Origin: a virus
Reading direction: 5' to 3' (one strand)
Length of the DNA stretch: 36,382 bases
Virus genome (UHGV): UHGV-0205584
The notes beneath the pieces are model-generated. The model was given only the letters and a program-made list of their open reading frames with translations, was not told the DNA's origin and did no database searches. Of the stretch, positions 27,359 through 35,953 are shown piece after piece. Position 1 is the first letter of the stretch, and each line of letters opens with the position of its first letter. Position numbers and translations under genes: made by a program.

Positions 27359-28105
27359 ATGAACGAATTACAAATATTCAATAATGCAATGTTTGGTAAT
27401 GTGCGAGTTTTATTACAAGGCGATGAACCTTGGTTTGTTGCAAAGGATATCGCTGATACTCTCGGGTACCAAAACGGTAGTCGAGATGTAAACCGACATA
27501 CTGATGAAGAAGATAGAACAAAGACAATGGTGTTTGATGGTAATCAAAATAAAGAAACGATTTTGATTAATGAAAGCGGACTTTATTCATTGGTACTATC
27601 TAGCAAATTACCAAACGCGAAACAATTTAGACGTTGGGTAACAGGTGAAGTGCTTCCAAGCTTACGCAAATATGGAACGTATAGCATGGATATCCCTAGA
27701 ACGTTGCCAGATGCCTTAAAAGCATATGCTAGTGAAATCGAGGCACATAACCAAACAAAAGCCCTGTTAGAGGAACAAAAGCCAAAAGTACTATTTGCTG
27801 ATGCGGTAAGTGCAAGCGACACCGATATATTAATCGGTGATTTAGCGAAACTCTTAAATCAAAACGGCCATAACATCGGACAAAATAGACTGTTTGAGCG
27901 GCTAAGAAAAGAGGGCTATTTAATTTCTAGGAAAGGAAACTCTTACAATACGCCAACGCAAAAGGCTATGGAACTAGGACTTTTCAGAATTAAAGAAACC
28001 GCTATTACTCACGCGGACGGGCGAACAACAATAAACAAAACGCCAAAAGTAACAGGTAAAGGCCAATTATATTTTATTAATCGCTATGAGGGCGTGCAGT
28101 TATGA
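27359..28105 (+). CDS. Antirepressor (BRO-N + ANT/KilAC)
   Basis: EPWFVAKD, INESGLYSL, F.RWVT.EVLPS; KPKVLFADAV, TPKVTGKGQ.YFI. Confidence 0.92.
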   Translation: MNELQIFNNAMFGNVRVLLQGDEPWFVAKDIADTLGYQNGSRDVNRHTDEEDRTKTMVFDGNQNKETILINESGLYSLVLSSKLPNAKQFRRWVTGEVLPSLRKYGTYSMDIPRTLPDALKAYASEIEAHNQTKALLEEQKPKVLFADAVSASDTDILIGDLAKLLNQNGHNIGQNRLFERLRKEGYLISRKGNSYNTPTQKAMELGLFRIKETAITHADGRTTINKTPKVTGKGQLYFINRYEGVQL

Positions 28106-28263
28106 CGCTGTTCATTGATGAAATTCACAAATTTTATAGCAATCCTCAAAATCTAGCGGACTTTGAGGCATGGAAAGAAAGGAAATTACACAATGATGAC
28201 ACAACAACAAAAACCACGGCGCAGACGCGGACGTGTGAAGAAAAACAGAATGAAACTTATTGA
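28102..28263 (+). CDS. Small hypothetical protein (53 aa)
   Basis: ATGA overlap with antirepressor stop; MTLFIDEIHKFYSNPQNLADFEAWKERK... Confidence 0.55.
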   Translation: MTLFIDEIHKFYSNPQNLADFEAWKERKLHNDDTTTKTTAQTRTCEEKQNETY

Positions 28264-28327
28264 TATTATAGGCGTTATTGGCTGGGTATCGTTGATATAT
28301 GCGGCCGTGGTGCTTTGGTTAGTTTAG
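28193..28327 (+). CDS. Small membrane protein (44 aa)
   Basis: ATG directly after GAAAGGAAATTACACA; basic N-terminus plus C-terminal TM IIGVIGWVSLIYAAVVLWLV. Confidence 0.55.
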   Translation: MMTQQQKPRRRRGRVKKNRMKLIDIIGVIGWVSLIYAAVVLWLV

Positions 28328-28337
28328 AGGTGAAACG

Positions 28338-28436
28338 ATGAATTTTATTATTGAATGTTTAATGATTGCAGGTATGGCACTCTCGGCGGTATTCGTTTTA
28401 CATTGCCTTGTTATTATCGCCGTGTTATTGGCATAA
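28338..28436 (+). CDS. Small hydrophobic peptide (32 aa)
   Basis: SD GAGGTG; MNFIIECLMIAGMALSAVFVLHCLVIIAVLLA. Confidence 0.55.
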   Translation: MNFIIECLMIAGMALSAVFVLHCLVIIAVLLA

Positions 28437-28504
28437 AAAAAGAACAGCCAACAAAAAGCTGACTGTTCAACGTTCCAATCGTTAATAACGAAAGGAAACC
28501 ACAC
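28435..28504 (-). ncRNA. Predicted ~70-nt trans-acting antisense sRNA
   Basis: Promoter TTGACA-17-TACAAT upstream; 5' end GUGUGGUUUCCUUUC complementary to a repeated RBS motif; terminator GAACAGUCAGC/GUUGGCUGUUC + U7. Confidence 0.75.
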
Positions 28505-28510
28505 AACAAC

Positions 28511-28539
28511 ATTGTAATGTATCTATTCTTAATTGTCAA
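28511..28539 (-). promoter_or_regulatory. Near-consensus sigma70 promoter for the sRNA
   Basis: Plus-strand TGTCAA 28534-39 and ATTGTA 28511-16 read as TTGACA-N17-TACAAT on the minus strand. Confidence 0.85.
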
Positions 28540-28560
28540 AAGAAAGGAAACCACACAAAC

Positions 28561-29490
28561 ATGTACAAGAAAATTTTTGACAGCAAAAACGCCACTCGTG
28601 AGGAATGGTTAAAGGTTCGCAAGTTAGGCCTCGGCGGTTCAGATATGGCCGCAGTATTGGGGTTAAGCCCTTGGCGCAGCCCTATTGACGTATGGCTTGA
28701 TAAAACGAGCGACACAGTAGAGGAAAAAGAAAGCGAGCCGATGTATTGGGGCAACGTACTCGAGGAAGTAGTAGCGCAGGAATTCGCCAAACGTAGCGGG
28801 TATAAGGTGCGCAATAACAACTTTACTCTACAAAGTGAGGAATATCCTTATTTATTGGCTAACATTGACCGCGAAATCGTCGGCCTAGACGCTGGCCTCG
28901 AATGTAAGACGGCCAACGCATTCAAGGCTAATGAATGGGACGGCGACAATGTGCCAGACGCTTATTATATCCAATGCCAGCATTACATGGCGGTAACGGG
29001 TAAATCTAGCTGGTGGATAGCGTGCCTCGTAGGTGGAAATACATTCTACTACAAAGAAATCAAGCGTAATGAGGAAGTCATCGCGGCCATTATCGACACT
29101 GGGGCGGCATTCTGGGAATTAGTTAAAAATAAGACCATGCCAGCGCCAGACGATACGAAACAATGCGAAAACGCTCTCAAGAAACTCTATCAAAATAGCA
29201 ATGGCCAAAGCGTGGAACTACCTGCTAACTACGGGAACATGATTATTGACTATTTAGAAATCAAAAATCAACTATCCGAATTAGAGACTAAAAAGCGCGG
29301 CATTGAAAACGTGATGAAAGATTTCTTGAAAGATAACGAAAGAGCCACATACGGCGAGCATTTTGTTTCATGGAAATCCACGAAAGCACGAGAAACGTTT
29401 GACGCAAAAGCGTTCAAGGCCGATTACCCCGAACTGCATAAAAAGTATATTAAAGTCGGCGAACCAAGCCGCAGAATGGACATCAAATAA
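28561..29490 (+). CDS. YqaJ-like (lambda Exo family) exonuclease
   Basis: EEWLKVRKLGLGGSD, LLANIDR, GLECKT, YYIQCQHYMAV. Confidence 0.93.
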   Translation: MYKKIFDSKNATREEWLKVRKLGLGGSDMAAVLGLSPWRSPIDVWLDKTSDTVEEKESEPMYWGNVLEEVVAQEFAKRSGYKVRNNNFTLQSEEYPYLLANIDREIVGLDAGLECKTANAFKANEWDGDNVPDAYYIQCQHYMAVTGKSSWWIACLVGGNTFYYKEIKRNEEVIAAIIDTGAAFWELVKNKTMPAPDDTKQCENALKKLYQNSNGQSVELPANYGNMIIDYLEIKNQLSELETKKRGIENVMKDFLKDNERATYGEHFVSWKSTKARETFDAKAFKADYPELHKKYIKVGEPSRRMDIK

Positions 29491-29648
29491 TGAAAACATG
29501 TGATTTGAGAAAACTGCTCGAGGCTGCTCCTTATGATTTTGGTGTACACATCGAAACGCCTGTAAACATCACCCAATATACAGCAGAGGCAAAAGCGGTA
29601 TATATCGACTTTGAAAATAAATTGTTTGTAATAGGAGATAAAAAATAA
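29490..29648 (+). CDS. Small hypothetical protein (52 aa)
   Basis: TAATG coupling at both ends; fills the gap exactly. Confidence 0.6.
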   Translation: MKTCDLRKLLEAAPYDFGVHIETPVNITQYTAEAKAVYIDFENKLFVIGDKK

Positions 29649-29893
29649 TGGAAAACACAGAAAACAAAGAAATTGAAACAGTAGAAACAAAGCCAAAAAG
29701 AAAACATTTACTTGCAGAAATAGCAAAATTAAATGAACTTAACAAAAAGCTAGAAGATGACCTCAGATATAGCAATATGCGAGTTGAGAATCGTGAAAGA
29801 AATATCACCGAACTAAAAGCAGAAATCACCGCATTGCGTGCATATGTGGCTGGCGTAAAAGGCGACGCATTCCCAGAAAGTGAGGATAAATAA
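29648..29893 (+). CDS. Coiled-coil hypothetical protein
   Basis: 81 aa, SD AGGAG, heptads. Confidence 0.7.
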   Translation: MENTENKEIETVETKPKRKHLLAEIAKLNELNKKLEDDLRYSNMRVENRERNITELKAEITALRAYVAGVKGDAFPESEDK

Positions 29894-29895
29894 TA

Positions 29896-30771
29896 ATGGC
29901 AACTACAACAGGAATTGAATTAAAGAAAAATAACATCACGGCGCAAAAAGAGGCCAAGACAGTAAAAGGAATGCTTGAAACGCCAGCATTCAAAAAGAAA
30001 TTCGAGGAAATGCTTGGCAAAAAGGCGGCGGGATTTATCTCAAGTATTATCGCCGTAACAAATAGCAGCAATTATCTTATGAAAGCTGACCCTGCGACAG
30101 TTATCGGCGCAGCAGCACAGGCGGCCATGTTGGACTTGCCGATTAATCAATCTCTTGGGTTCGCTTATATCGTTCCATATAAAGGCGCTGCACAATTCCA
30201 ACTCGGCTATAAGGGCTATATCCAATTAGCCCAACGTAGCGGCCAATATATTGATATTGGGGCAAAAACAGTATACGAGGGCGAGCTTGAATATGAAAAC
30301 AGATTACTCGATAAATTCAAATTCGGCGAACGTACGAGCGATAAAGTCATCGGCTACCTAGCATATTTCAGACTTACAAACGGCTTTGAAAAAATGCTGT
30401 ATATGACTATTGATGAGGCACAGGCACATGCCAAGAAATATAGTCAAAACTATAAGGGCGGTACCGACAAATGGGGCCTTGCAGATTTCAATGTAATGGC
30501 CGAGAAAACAGTACTTAAACGTCTACTTTCAAAATATGGCCCGTTGAGCATTGAAAGCGTTCAAATGAGCCAAGCCCTAGCCAATGACGGCGGCGTGATT
30601 AGCATGAATAATGACGGCGATTTTGATGTAAATTTCAGCGGTGAAACAATCGACGCAGAAACAGAAACAGAGGAACAGACGGAACAACCTGCAGAAAATC
30701 ACGATACCTATATCGTAGGTGGCGAGGTTATCGACGCAGAAACTGGCGAGGTAGTACATGATGACAAATAA
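29896..30771 (+). CDS. recT: RecT-family single-strand annealing protein
   Basis: LGFAYIVPYK..AQFQLGYKGYIQLAQRSGQY, MAEKTVLKRLL.KYGPLSIE. Confidence 0.93.
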   Translation: MATTTGIELKKNNITAQKEAKTVKGMLETPAFKKKFEEMLGKKAAGFISSIIAVTNSSNYLMKADPATVIGAAAQAAMLDLPINQSLGFAYIVPYKGAAQFQLGYKGYIQLAQRSGQYIDIGAKTVYEGELEYENRLLDKFKFGERTSDKVIGYLAYFRLTNGFEKMLYMTIDEAQAHAKKYSQNYKGGTDKWGLADFNVMAEKTVLKRLLSKYGPLSIESVQMSQALANDGGVISMNNDGDFDVNFSGETIDAETETEEQTEQPAENHDTYIVGGEVIDAETGEVVHDDK

Positions 30772-31021
30772 CGATAAAATGCTCGCTCAATTCGGTGCTG
30801 ACTGGGTGAAAGTAAGAGATTTTATCGAATCATTAAAGGCGTTTTATATTTCTTACACGCCTACGTTTATGGTGCGAATAGAAAAGGAGACAGGCGTGCC
30901 AGCCAATACAGTTAAAAGCATTTTAGACTACGGCCTACAGATTGGGCTATATGGCAAGACGAGCGATAGAGATTATATCACGTTATCGCCTGTTAGAAAG
31001 GAGCGACATGGCAGAACCTAA
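30758..31021 (+). CDS. Hypothetical protein (possible winged-helix)
   Basis: 87 aa, SD GAGGT, overlaps neighbours. Confidence 0.65.
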   Translation: MMTNNDKMLAQFGADWVKVRDFIESLKAFYISYTPTFMVRIEKETGVPANTVKSILDYGLQIGLYGKTSDRDYITLSPVRKERHGRT

Positions 31022-31892
31022 ACGATATTACTGGCTACGGCTGCATAAAGATTTCTTTCAAAAGAAAGAAATTAAGCGATTACGGCGGGTGGCTGGTGGT
31101 GATACTTACACCATCATCTACTTAAAAATGTTATTAAGGTCAATCATTGACGGCGGGAAATTATACTTTGACGGCTACGAGGATACATTTGTATCAGAGT
31201 TAGCACTCGACATTGACGAAGATGAACAAAATGTTCAAATAACTGTAAATTATCTATTAAAAAATGGTTTATTAATTGAATGCGAAAATGACGAGTATTA
31301 TCTACCCGAGGCAACCAACAATACAGGCTCAGAAACCGCTGCAGCCAGTAGAATGCGGAAACTTCGAGATAAGTCAAAAGGTTCAGAGTGTAACAATGTT
31401 ACGCCATTATGTAACAATGTTACACCTATGTTACAAGAATGTTCGCAATCGTTACAAACCTGTTACGGAGAGAAAAAGATAGAGAAAGAGTTACATAAAG
31501 AGATACATAAAGAGATAGAACACAGAGATAGAGATATAAGTATATCTACAACTAGAGAGGATAAAGAAATCGAAAATTCTCAATCTCTTCCTCCTATGTC
31601 AAACACAGATATATATGATTTGTGGATAAGCTTCTTTGGGATTATCTCCTCTTTTGTCAAAGGCAAACTTGATGACCTTATCGATGAATATGGTCTTATC
31701 GATGTATCAAACGCCTTGCGTATTGCAAAAGAGCGAGGCAAATCAAGAATACGATACGTTGAGGGAATTTTGAAAAATCAGAGGTTAGAAAATGGAGCAA
31801 ATGGACGTAACGGCGGCACTCGAGCAACTACGAGAAAAGATGAGCAAGTCGACTGGGAGCAAGAGGCGGCCAAGACCTACGGACAAGATTGA
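31008..31892 (+). CDS. Replication initiator (replisome organizer N-terminal domain, DnaD-like C-terminus)
   Basis: KRYYWLRL.KDFF....IK.LR...GG.TY.IIYLKMLL; RYVEGILKN; ATG 31008 after AAGGAG. Confidence 0.88.
   Translation: MAEPKRYYWLRLHKDFFQKKEIKRLRRVAGGDTYTIIYLKMLLRSIIDGGKLYFDGYEDTFVSELALDIDEDEQNVQITVNYLLKNGLLIECENDEYYLPEATNNTGSETAAASRMRKLRDKSKGSECNNVTPLCNNVTPMLQECSQSLQTCYGEKKIEKELHKEIHKEIEHRDRDISISTTREDKEIENSQSLPPMSNTDIYDLWISFFGIISSFVKGKLDDLIDEYGLIDVSNALRIAKERGKSRIRYVEGILKNQRLENGANGRNGGTRATTRKDEQVDWEQEAAKTYGQD
31389..31545 (+). repeat. Putative replication origin: iterons within rep
   Basis: TGTAACAATGTTAC x2 (31389, 31410); GTTAC at 31398, 31419, 31430, 31451, 31462; then purine-rich AGAGATA-type tract. 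Confidence 0.75.
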
Positions 31893-32517
31893 GTTTTATA
31901 AGCCAATCTATGACAAGCCGATTGTAATCCGCTCAAATATCAACGAAACATATGCAGCTGCTGGTATTCCTAAACGCTACTACGGCATGAGTTTTGACTG
32001 GCTAAAAGAGCATGGCACATTTCAGAGCGCCAACAAAGAGGCGTATGCCGTTGTTAAAGATTACAGGGATAATCTGGCGGAGTATATGAATACAGGAAAG
32101 GGCCTCATATTAAGGGGACCCGCTGGCACAGGCAAGACGTCGCTCGCTGTATGTCTACTTAAAGAGGTGATGAAGTTAAACACAGGGGCAATGATGATTT
32201 CAATGCCTAACCTGCTTGATACTATGCTCACCTTATCAAAGGGCGATAGAGTGGCGTACCTAGCCTATGAGCAAAAGCTAAAACACATTCCAATGTTGCT
32301 GCTTGATGATTTCGGGGCTGAATATTCCAAATCGGACTGGGTAGCGGCTAAAGTCGAAAGTATCATCATTGAACGATACAACAGCATGAGGCCGATTATC
32401 CTTACAACTAATTACAGCGACCAATGGACTAAGGACAATTACAGCGGCCGCATATATGACCGCTTACGAGGCGAGTATAAAGTTGCGGTATTCATGGGGC
32501 AGTCTCATAGAATCTAA
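31792..32517 (+). CDS. DnaC/IstB-like helicase loader ATPase
   Basis: GPAGTGKT Walker A, LLLLDDFGAE, ILTTN, RIYDRL. Confidence 0.9.
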   Translation: MEQMDVTAALEQLREKMSKSTGSKRRPRPTDKIEFYKPIYDKPIVIRSNINETYAAAGIPKRYYGMSFDWLKEHGTFQSANKEAYAVVKDYRDNLAEYMNTGKGLILRGPAGTGKTSLAVCLLKEVMKLNTGAMMISMPNLLDTMLTLSKGDRVAYLAYEQKLKHIPMLLLDDFGAEYSKSDWVAAKVESIIIERYNSMRPIILTTNYSDQWTKDNYSGRIYDRLRGEYKVAVFMGQSHRI

Positions 32518-32519
32518 AA

Positions 32520-32611
32520 TTGATTTATTCGCCCTGTATGCTCGTTTAAATTTTTCGACGATAAAATACTCGTTAGAAATATTTCACGGGGCAAGACGGG
32601 GCGGAAATCAA
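32520..32611. other. Long imperfect intergenic hairpin
   Basis: Nested arms TTGATTT/AAATCAA, CGCCCTG/CGGGGCG, TGCTCGT/ACGGGGCA, AAATTTTTC/GAAATATTT, GACGA/TCGTT. Confidence 0.55.
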
Positions 32612-32653
32612 CGCCAAATTAAAAAATAAAACAAAAGATATAGAGGTGAAATC

Positions 32654-33232
32654 TTGGAAATTGTAATTCACGGCCAACCAAGGACGAAAAAGAACAGCGG
32701 CCGCATTGTGATAAGGGACAATATCAGAAAACTCCTACCCTCGGACGCATTTATTCGATATGAAAAGGCGGCATTGTTGCAGCTGGTACATGTTGGCGCT
32801 GTTCAAGGACCAATCTCGGTATGTTGCCGTTATTATTTACAAGACAGACGGAGCTGGCCCGATTTGGTTGGCCTGTTACAAGCGACTTCCGACATATTGC
32901 AAGACGCTGGCGTGATTGAGGACGATAAATATATCGTGAATTATGACGGCTCGGAAATCGTAGGGCTTGACAAGGAAAATCCTAGAGTAGTGATTACAAT
33001 TCATCAAATTGCCGAATCAAGTATCTTATGCGATGAATATGCCAAGGCGAAAGCTAGAGAGTGCGACACCACTCAACGGCCAAAAAGCCGACAAGTTGCC
33101 AAGAGAGGGGCTAAGGCTAAACCAAAAGCCCCTACCTCAATCTCATATATCGAATATCGAAAGTTAATGATGAAAGGAAACCACACACATGAACGAAACA
33201 GAGTACAGGCTACGCCTAAAAGGCGAAATTGA
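32654..33232 (+). CDS. RusA-like Holliday junction resolvase with basic C-terminal extension
   Basis: TTG start after GAGGTG; GQPRTKKNS, PDL..L.....DIL..AGVIEDD, DKENPRV.ITI. Confidence 0.8.
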   Translation: MEIVIHGQPRTKKNSGRIVIRDNIRKLLPSDAFIRYEKAALLQLVHVGAVQGPISVCCRYYLQDRRSWPDLVGLLQATSDILQDAGVIEDDKYIVNYDGSEIVGLDKENPRVVITIHQIAESSILCDEYAKAKARECDTTQRPKSRQVAKRGAKAKPKAPTSISYIEYRKLMMKGNHTHERNRVQATPKRRN

Positions 33233-33407
33233 TATAGAGGCCGTGATAGCGGCTACATCGGAAAGCGACGCAATCGATAAAGCGGCCGCCGTGCAAGAGG
33301 CAATCAATAATCAAATTACGATTGATTGCGGCAATATCGCTGATGTGAAAGAAATCATCACGAACGAAATTACATTGAGATTCGTATGTGCAGAAATTGC
33401 GGATTAA
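33189..33407 (+). CDS. Hypothetical protein (acidic, 72 aa)
   Basis: ATG after exact GAAAGGAAACCACACA motif. Confidence 0.7.
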   Translation: MNETEYRLRLKGEIDIEAVIAATSESDAIDKAAAVQEAINNQITIDCGNIADVKEIITNEITLRFVCAEIAD

Positions 33408-33417
33408 GGGGGATAAC

Positions 33418-33633
33418 ATGGGATATATTAAGGCAGAATATGGCAAGAATAATATGTTCGAGTTAGACATTGAAATTAAAGACTGCAATTCTATCGAATG
33501 TTTATCTTTTGCTAGTGGTGTAGCTGAGGAAATTCTCAACAGTATAGCAAAAGGGAAATCGAAAACGTTTATAGGCTACAAAAGAGCGCTTATCGGTGCT
33601 ATAGAAATGGCGGAGTTTAACAATCATGAATAA
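33418..33633 (+). CDS. Hypothetical protein
   Basis: ATG 33418 after AAGGGGG. Confidence 0.65.
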   Translation: MGYIKAEYGKNNMFELDIEIKDCNSIECLSFASGVAEEILNSIAKGKSKTFIGYKRALIGAIEMAEFNNHE

Positions 33634-33916
33634 ACTATCAGAGCGATTTGAACAAAAAATTCCGACATTCTTGGCTCATCTTGACGTGTGGAATGACACG
33701 CCAATGAGCGACTGCAAATATACAACACACGATTATAAGCGGGAAATGCACAAACAGAATTACACAAAAAAATGTGTAATTTGCGGTAAAACATTCACTT
33801 GCACGAATTACAACAAACGCCAATTATGTTGCAGTCGAGCGTGTGGCAATAGATTAGGCGGTATTAGGCGAAGAGAAACAATTGATAAACGAAAAGCAGC
33901 GATGAAAGGGGCCTAA
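33626..33916 (+). CDS. Cys-rich putative zinc-finger protein
   Basis: CVICGKTF...CCSRAC motif. Confidence 0.7.
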   Translation: MNKLSERFEQKIPTFLAHLDVWNDTPMSDCKYTTHDYKREMHKQNYTKKCVICGKTFTCTNYNKRQLCCSRACGNRLGGIRRRETIDKRKAAMKGA

Positions 33917-33918
33917 TT

Positions 33919-34326
33919 ATGTTAGTGGAAGATAAGAGTAAATATTGCTGGGTTACGCCCAACGGAATCGGCGGCCCAGAGGATAGCGTAGAGCAGGCAG
34001 TCAAAAGCTATCTATGTTTACATAGACCAGATGAGAACGCAGATATTGTTATAGGAATCGGACACCCTAGTTTTTACATTCCCGACGTTGACGGGGACAG
34101 CGTGATTGAAAGCGTTATAGACCAATTACCAGATGAAGTCTATGACACGGACGAGGATTATTTACATGACGTCAAACGTGAGCATGTAAACGAATTAAGT
34201 GAAGAACTAACAAAGGTATTCCGTGCATGGGTTAACCGCCACGGATACCACCATAGAGGCATGTTTGTAGAAAACAGTGAGACACATCATATTAAGCGAT
34301 ATGAGTATAAGGAGATAACGAAATGA
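33919..34326 (+). CDS. Hypothetical protein
   Basis: 135 aa, SD AAGGGG. Confidence 0.7.
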   Translation: MLVEDKSKYCWVTPNGIGGPEDSVEQAVKSYLCLHRPDENADIVIGIGHPSFYIPDVDGDSVIESVIDQLPDEVYDTDEDYLHDVKREHVNELSEELTKVFRAWVNRHGYHHRGMFVENSETHHIKRYEYKEITK

Positions 34327-35744
34327 ACACAAAATATTTAGCAGCAATCATGACAATTACAGCATTAACAGCACCAGCATATGCAGCTGGTACAAATAAT
34401 ACAATAGGCGGCACCGATAACATCGCCACGGCTAATAGTGCGGCGGTGTTTGGCTATCAAAACCAAACAAACGCAAATAATACGCTAACATTCGGGGAGA
34501 ATAACATCACGAACGGAACGAATGCGTTCGCAGGCGGTAATAATTCCAAAGCCGAGGGAAGAAATACATTCGCATTCGGTAGTCATGCCGAGGCGCTAAC
34601 CGAATACACTTATGCGATTGGTTCGCAGGCTAAAACGTCGGCCTATGACGCGATTGCGGTAGGAAACGGCGCTTATGCAGGCGGCGAGAGTACTATTGTT
34701 ATCGGAAGAACAAACACAGTCAACGGGAAAAATTCCGTTGTAATCGGTGCCAATAATATGCAAGTAGACGGCGGGCAGTCAACTGTACTCGGATATAATA
34801 ACCGCGTTGATAATTCACAGGAACAGACAATTCTAGGCGCTAACAGTCAAACGGCTGGACAGGGCGCGACAGTTATCGGAACACATGCAAAAGCAACAGC
34901 TATTGACGCCCTAGCGATTGGCAATAATACAATCGCCGACAAGTCGAACAGTGTGGCGATTGGTACTAACAGCGTTACAGACGAGGCAGTCGCAACTCGT
35001 CAAGCGATTGTAAATGGCGTAACGCATGTTTTTGCTGGCGATTCACCTCAATCCGTTGTATCTGTAGGCAGTAAGGGCCATGCTGGATATGGTGGCGTGC
35101 AATATTACACTCGACAAATCACAAACGTCGCAGCGGGGCGAGTAGACCCTAACAGCACCGACGCCATTAATGGCAGTCAGCTGTATGCTGCTTATGACGA
35201 AATCGGCCACAACGGCACAGCAATTCAAAATTTAGCCAATACTACCAGCCAACAATTTGCAGCGGTAAATAACACTATCACCGCACAAAATACGCGTATC
35301 GGTGATAATACGGCGGCGATTTCGCAACATGAAAGCCAATTACAAAATCATGAGGCTAGAATTACAACGCTAGAACATAACACAGCGGGACAGATTTCTC
35401 ATGTATTGAGCGAAGTCGCAAAAACAGGCGCGGCTAATGCAGCACTTTCCGCTTTGCACTATCTCGGCTATAACGCAGATGACAAATTAACATTTGCAGC
35501 TGGTTATGGACATTATAAAAATGCTAATGCGGCCGCTATTGGTGCATTCTACGCGCCGAATGAACATGTATTATTCAACATCGGCGCAACGCTTGGCGGC
35601 ACTGCAATGATTAACGCTGGCGTATCGTTCCGATTAGGTAAAGGCAGCGAGTACGAATTGAACCATAAAGGCAAAATCGCGCAACTTGAGGCACTAGTAA
35701 ATGAATTAATCAATGAAGTGGCAGAATTGAAAGAGGCGAAATAA
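34323..35744 (+). CDS. YadA-like trimeric autotransporter adhesin
   Basis: Signal peptide, AxG head repeats, RQITNVAAG...TDAINGSQL neck, stalk, beta-anchor (AAGYGHYKNANA.AIG.FY.PNE...GVSFRLG), C-terminal coiled coil. Confidence 0.92.
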   Translation: MNTKYLAAIMTITALTAPAYAAGTNNTIGGTDNIATANSAAVFGYQNQTNANNTLTFGENNITNGTNAFAGGNNSKAEGRNTFAFGSHAEALTEYTYAIGSQAKTSAYDAIAVGNGAYAGGESTIVIGRTNTVNGKNSVVIGANNMQVDGGQSTVLGYNNRVDNSQEQTILGANSQTAGQGATVIGTHAKATAIDALAIGNNTIADKSNSVAIGTNSVTDEAVATRQAIVNGVTHVFAGDSPQSVVSVGSKGHAGYGGVQYYTRQITNVAAGRVDPNSTDAINGSQLYAAYDEIGHNGTAIQNLANTTSQQFAAVNNTITAQNTRIGDNTAAISQHESQLQNHEARITTLEHNTAGQISHVLSEVAKTGAANAALSALHYLGYNADDKLTFAAGYGHYKNANAAAIGAFYAPNEHVLFNIGATLGGTAMINAGVSFRLGKGSEYELNHKGKIAQLEALVNELINEVAELKEAK

Positions 35745-35950
35745 TGAAAGGGTTATTACTAATAATTGTGGTTGTATTGGGATTAATTGGAAAGGTTGCG
35801 AGCGTTGCGCTCGCAATCGCCCTCATACTTTGGTTGATTGGATTATTTGGAATTACTGGCAGTGATGTGTTAAGAGTATTGTTTACAGTAATTGGACTTT
35901 ACACTACTTCAATAATGTTGTTTGTAATCGCCGAATCAAAAGAGGGCTAG
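35744..35950 (+). CDS. Small membrane protein
   Basis: 68 aa, almost entirely hydrophobic; TAATG coupling. Confidence 0.7.
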   Translation: MKGLLLIIVVVLGLIGKVASVALAIALILWLIGLFGITGSDVLRVLFTVIGLYTTSIMLFVIAESKEG

Positions 35951-35953
35951 CAT

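Noticed and set aside
927..35953. Genome-wide TAG recoding (alternative genetic code); several TAG stops (929, 3671, 14520, 35950) are followed in frame by the next gene
   Set aside because: Only one gene is interrupted by TAG and no suppressor tRNA is seen. Readthrough would fuse TerL to portal. About half of TAG junctions being in frame is compatible with chance.
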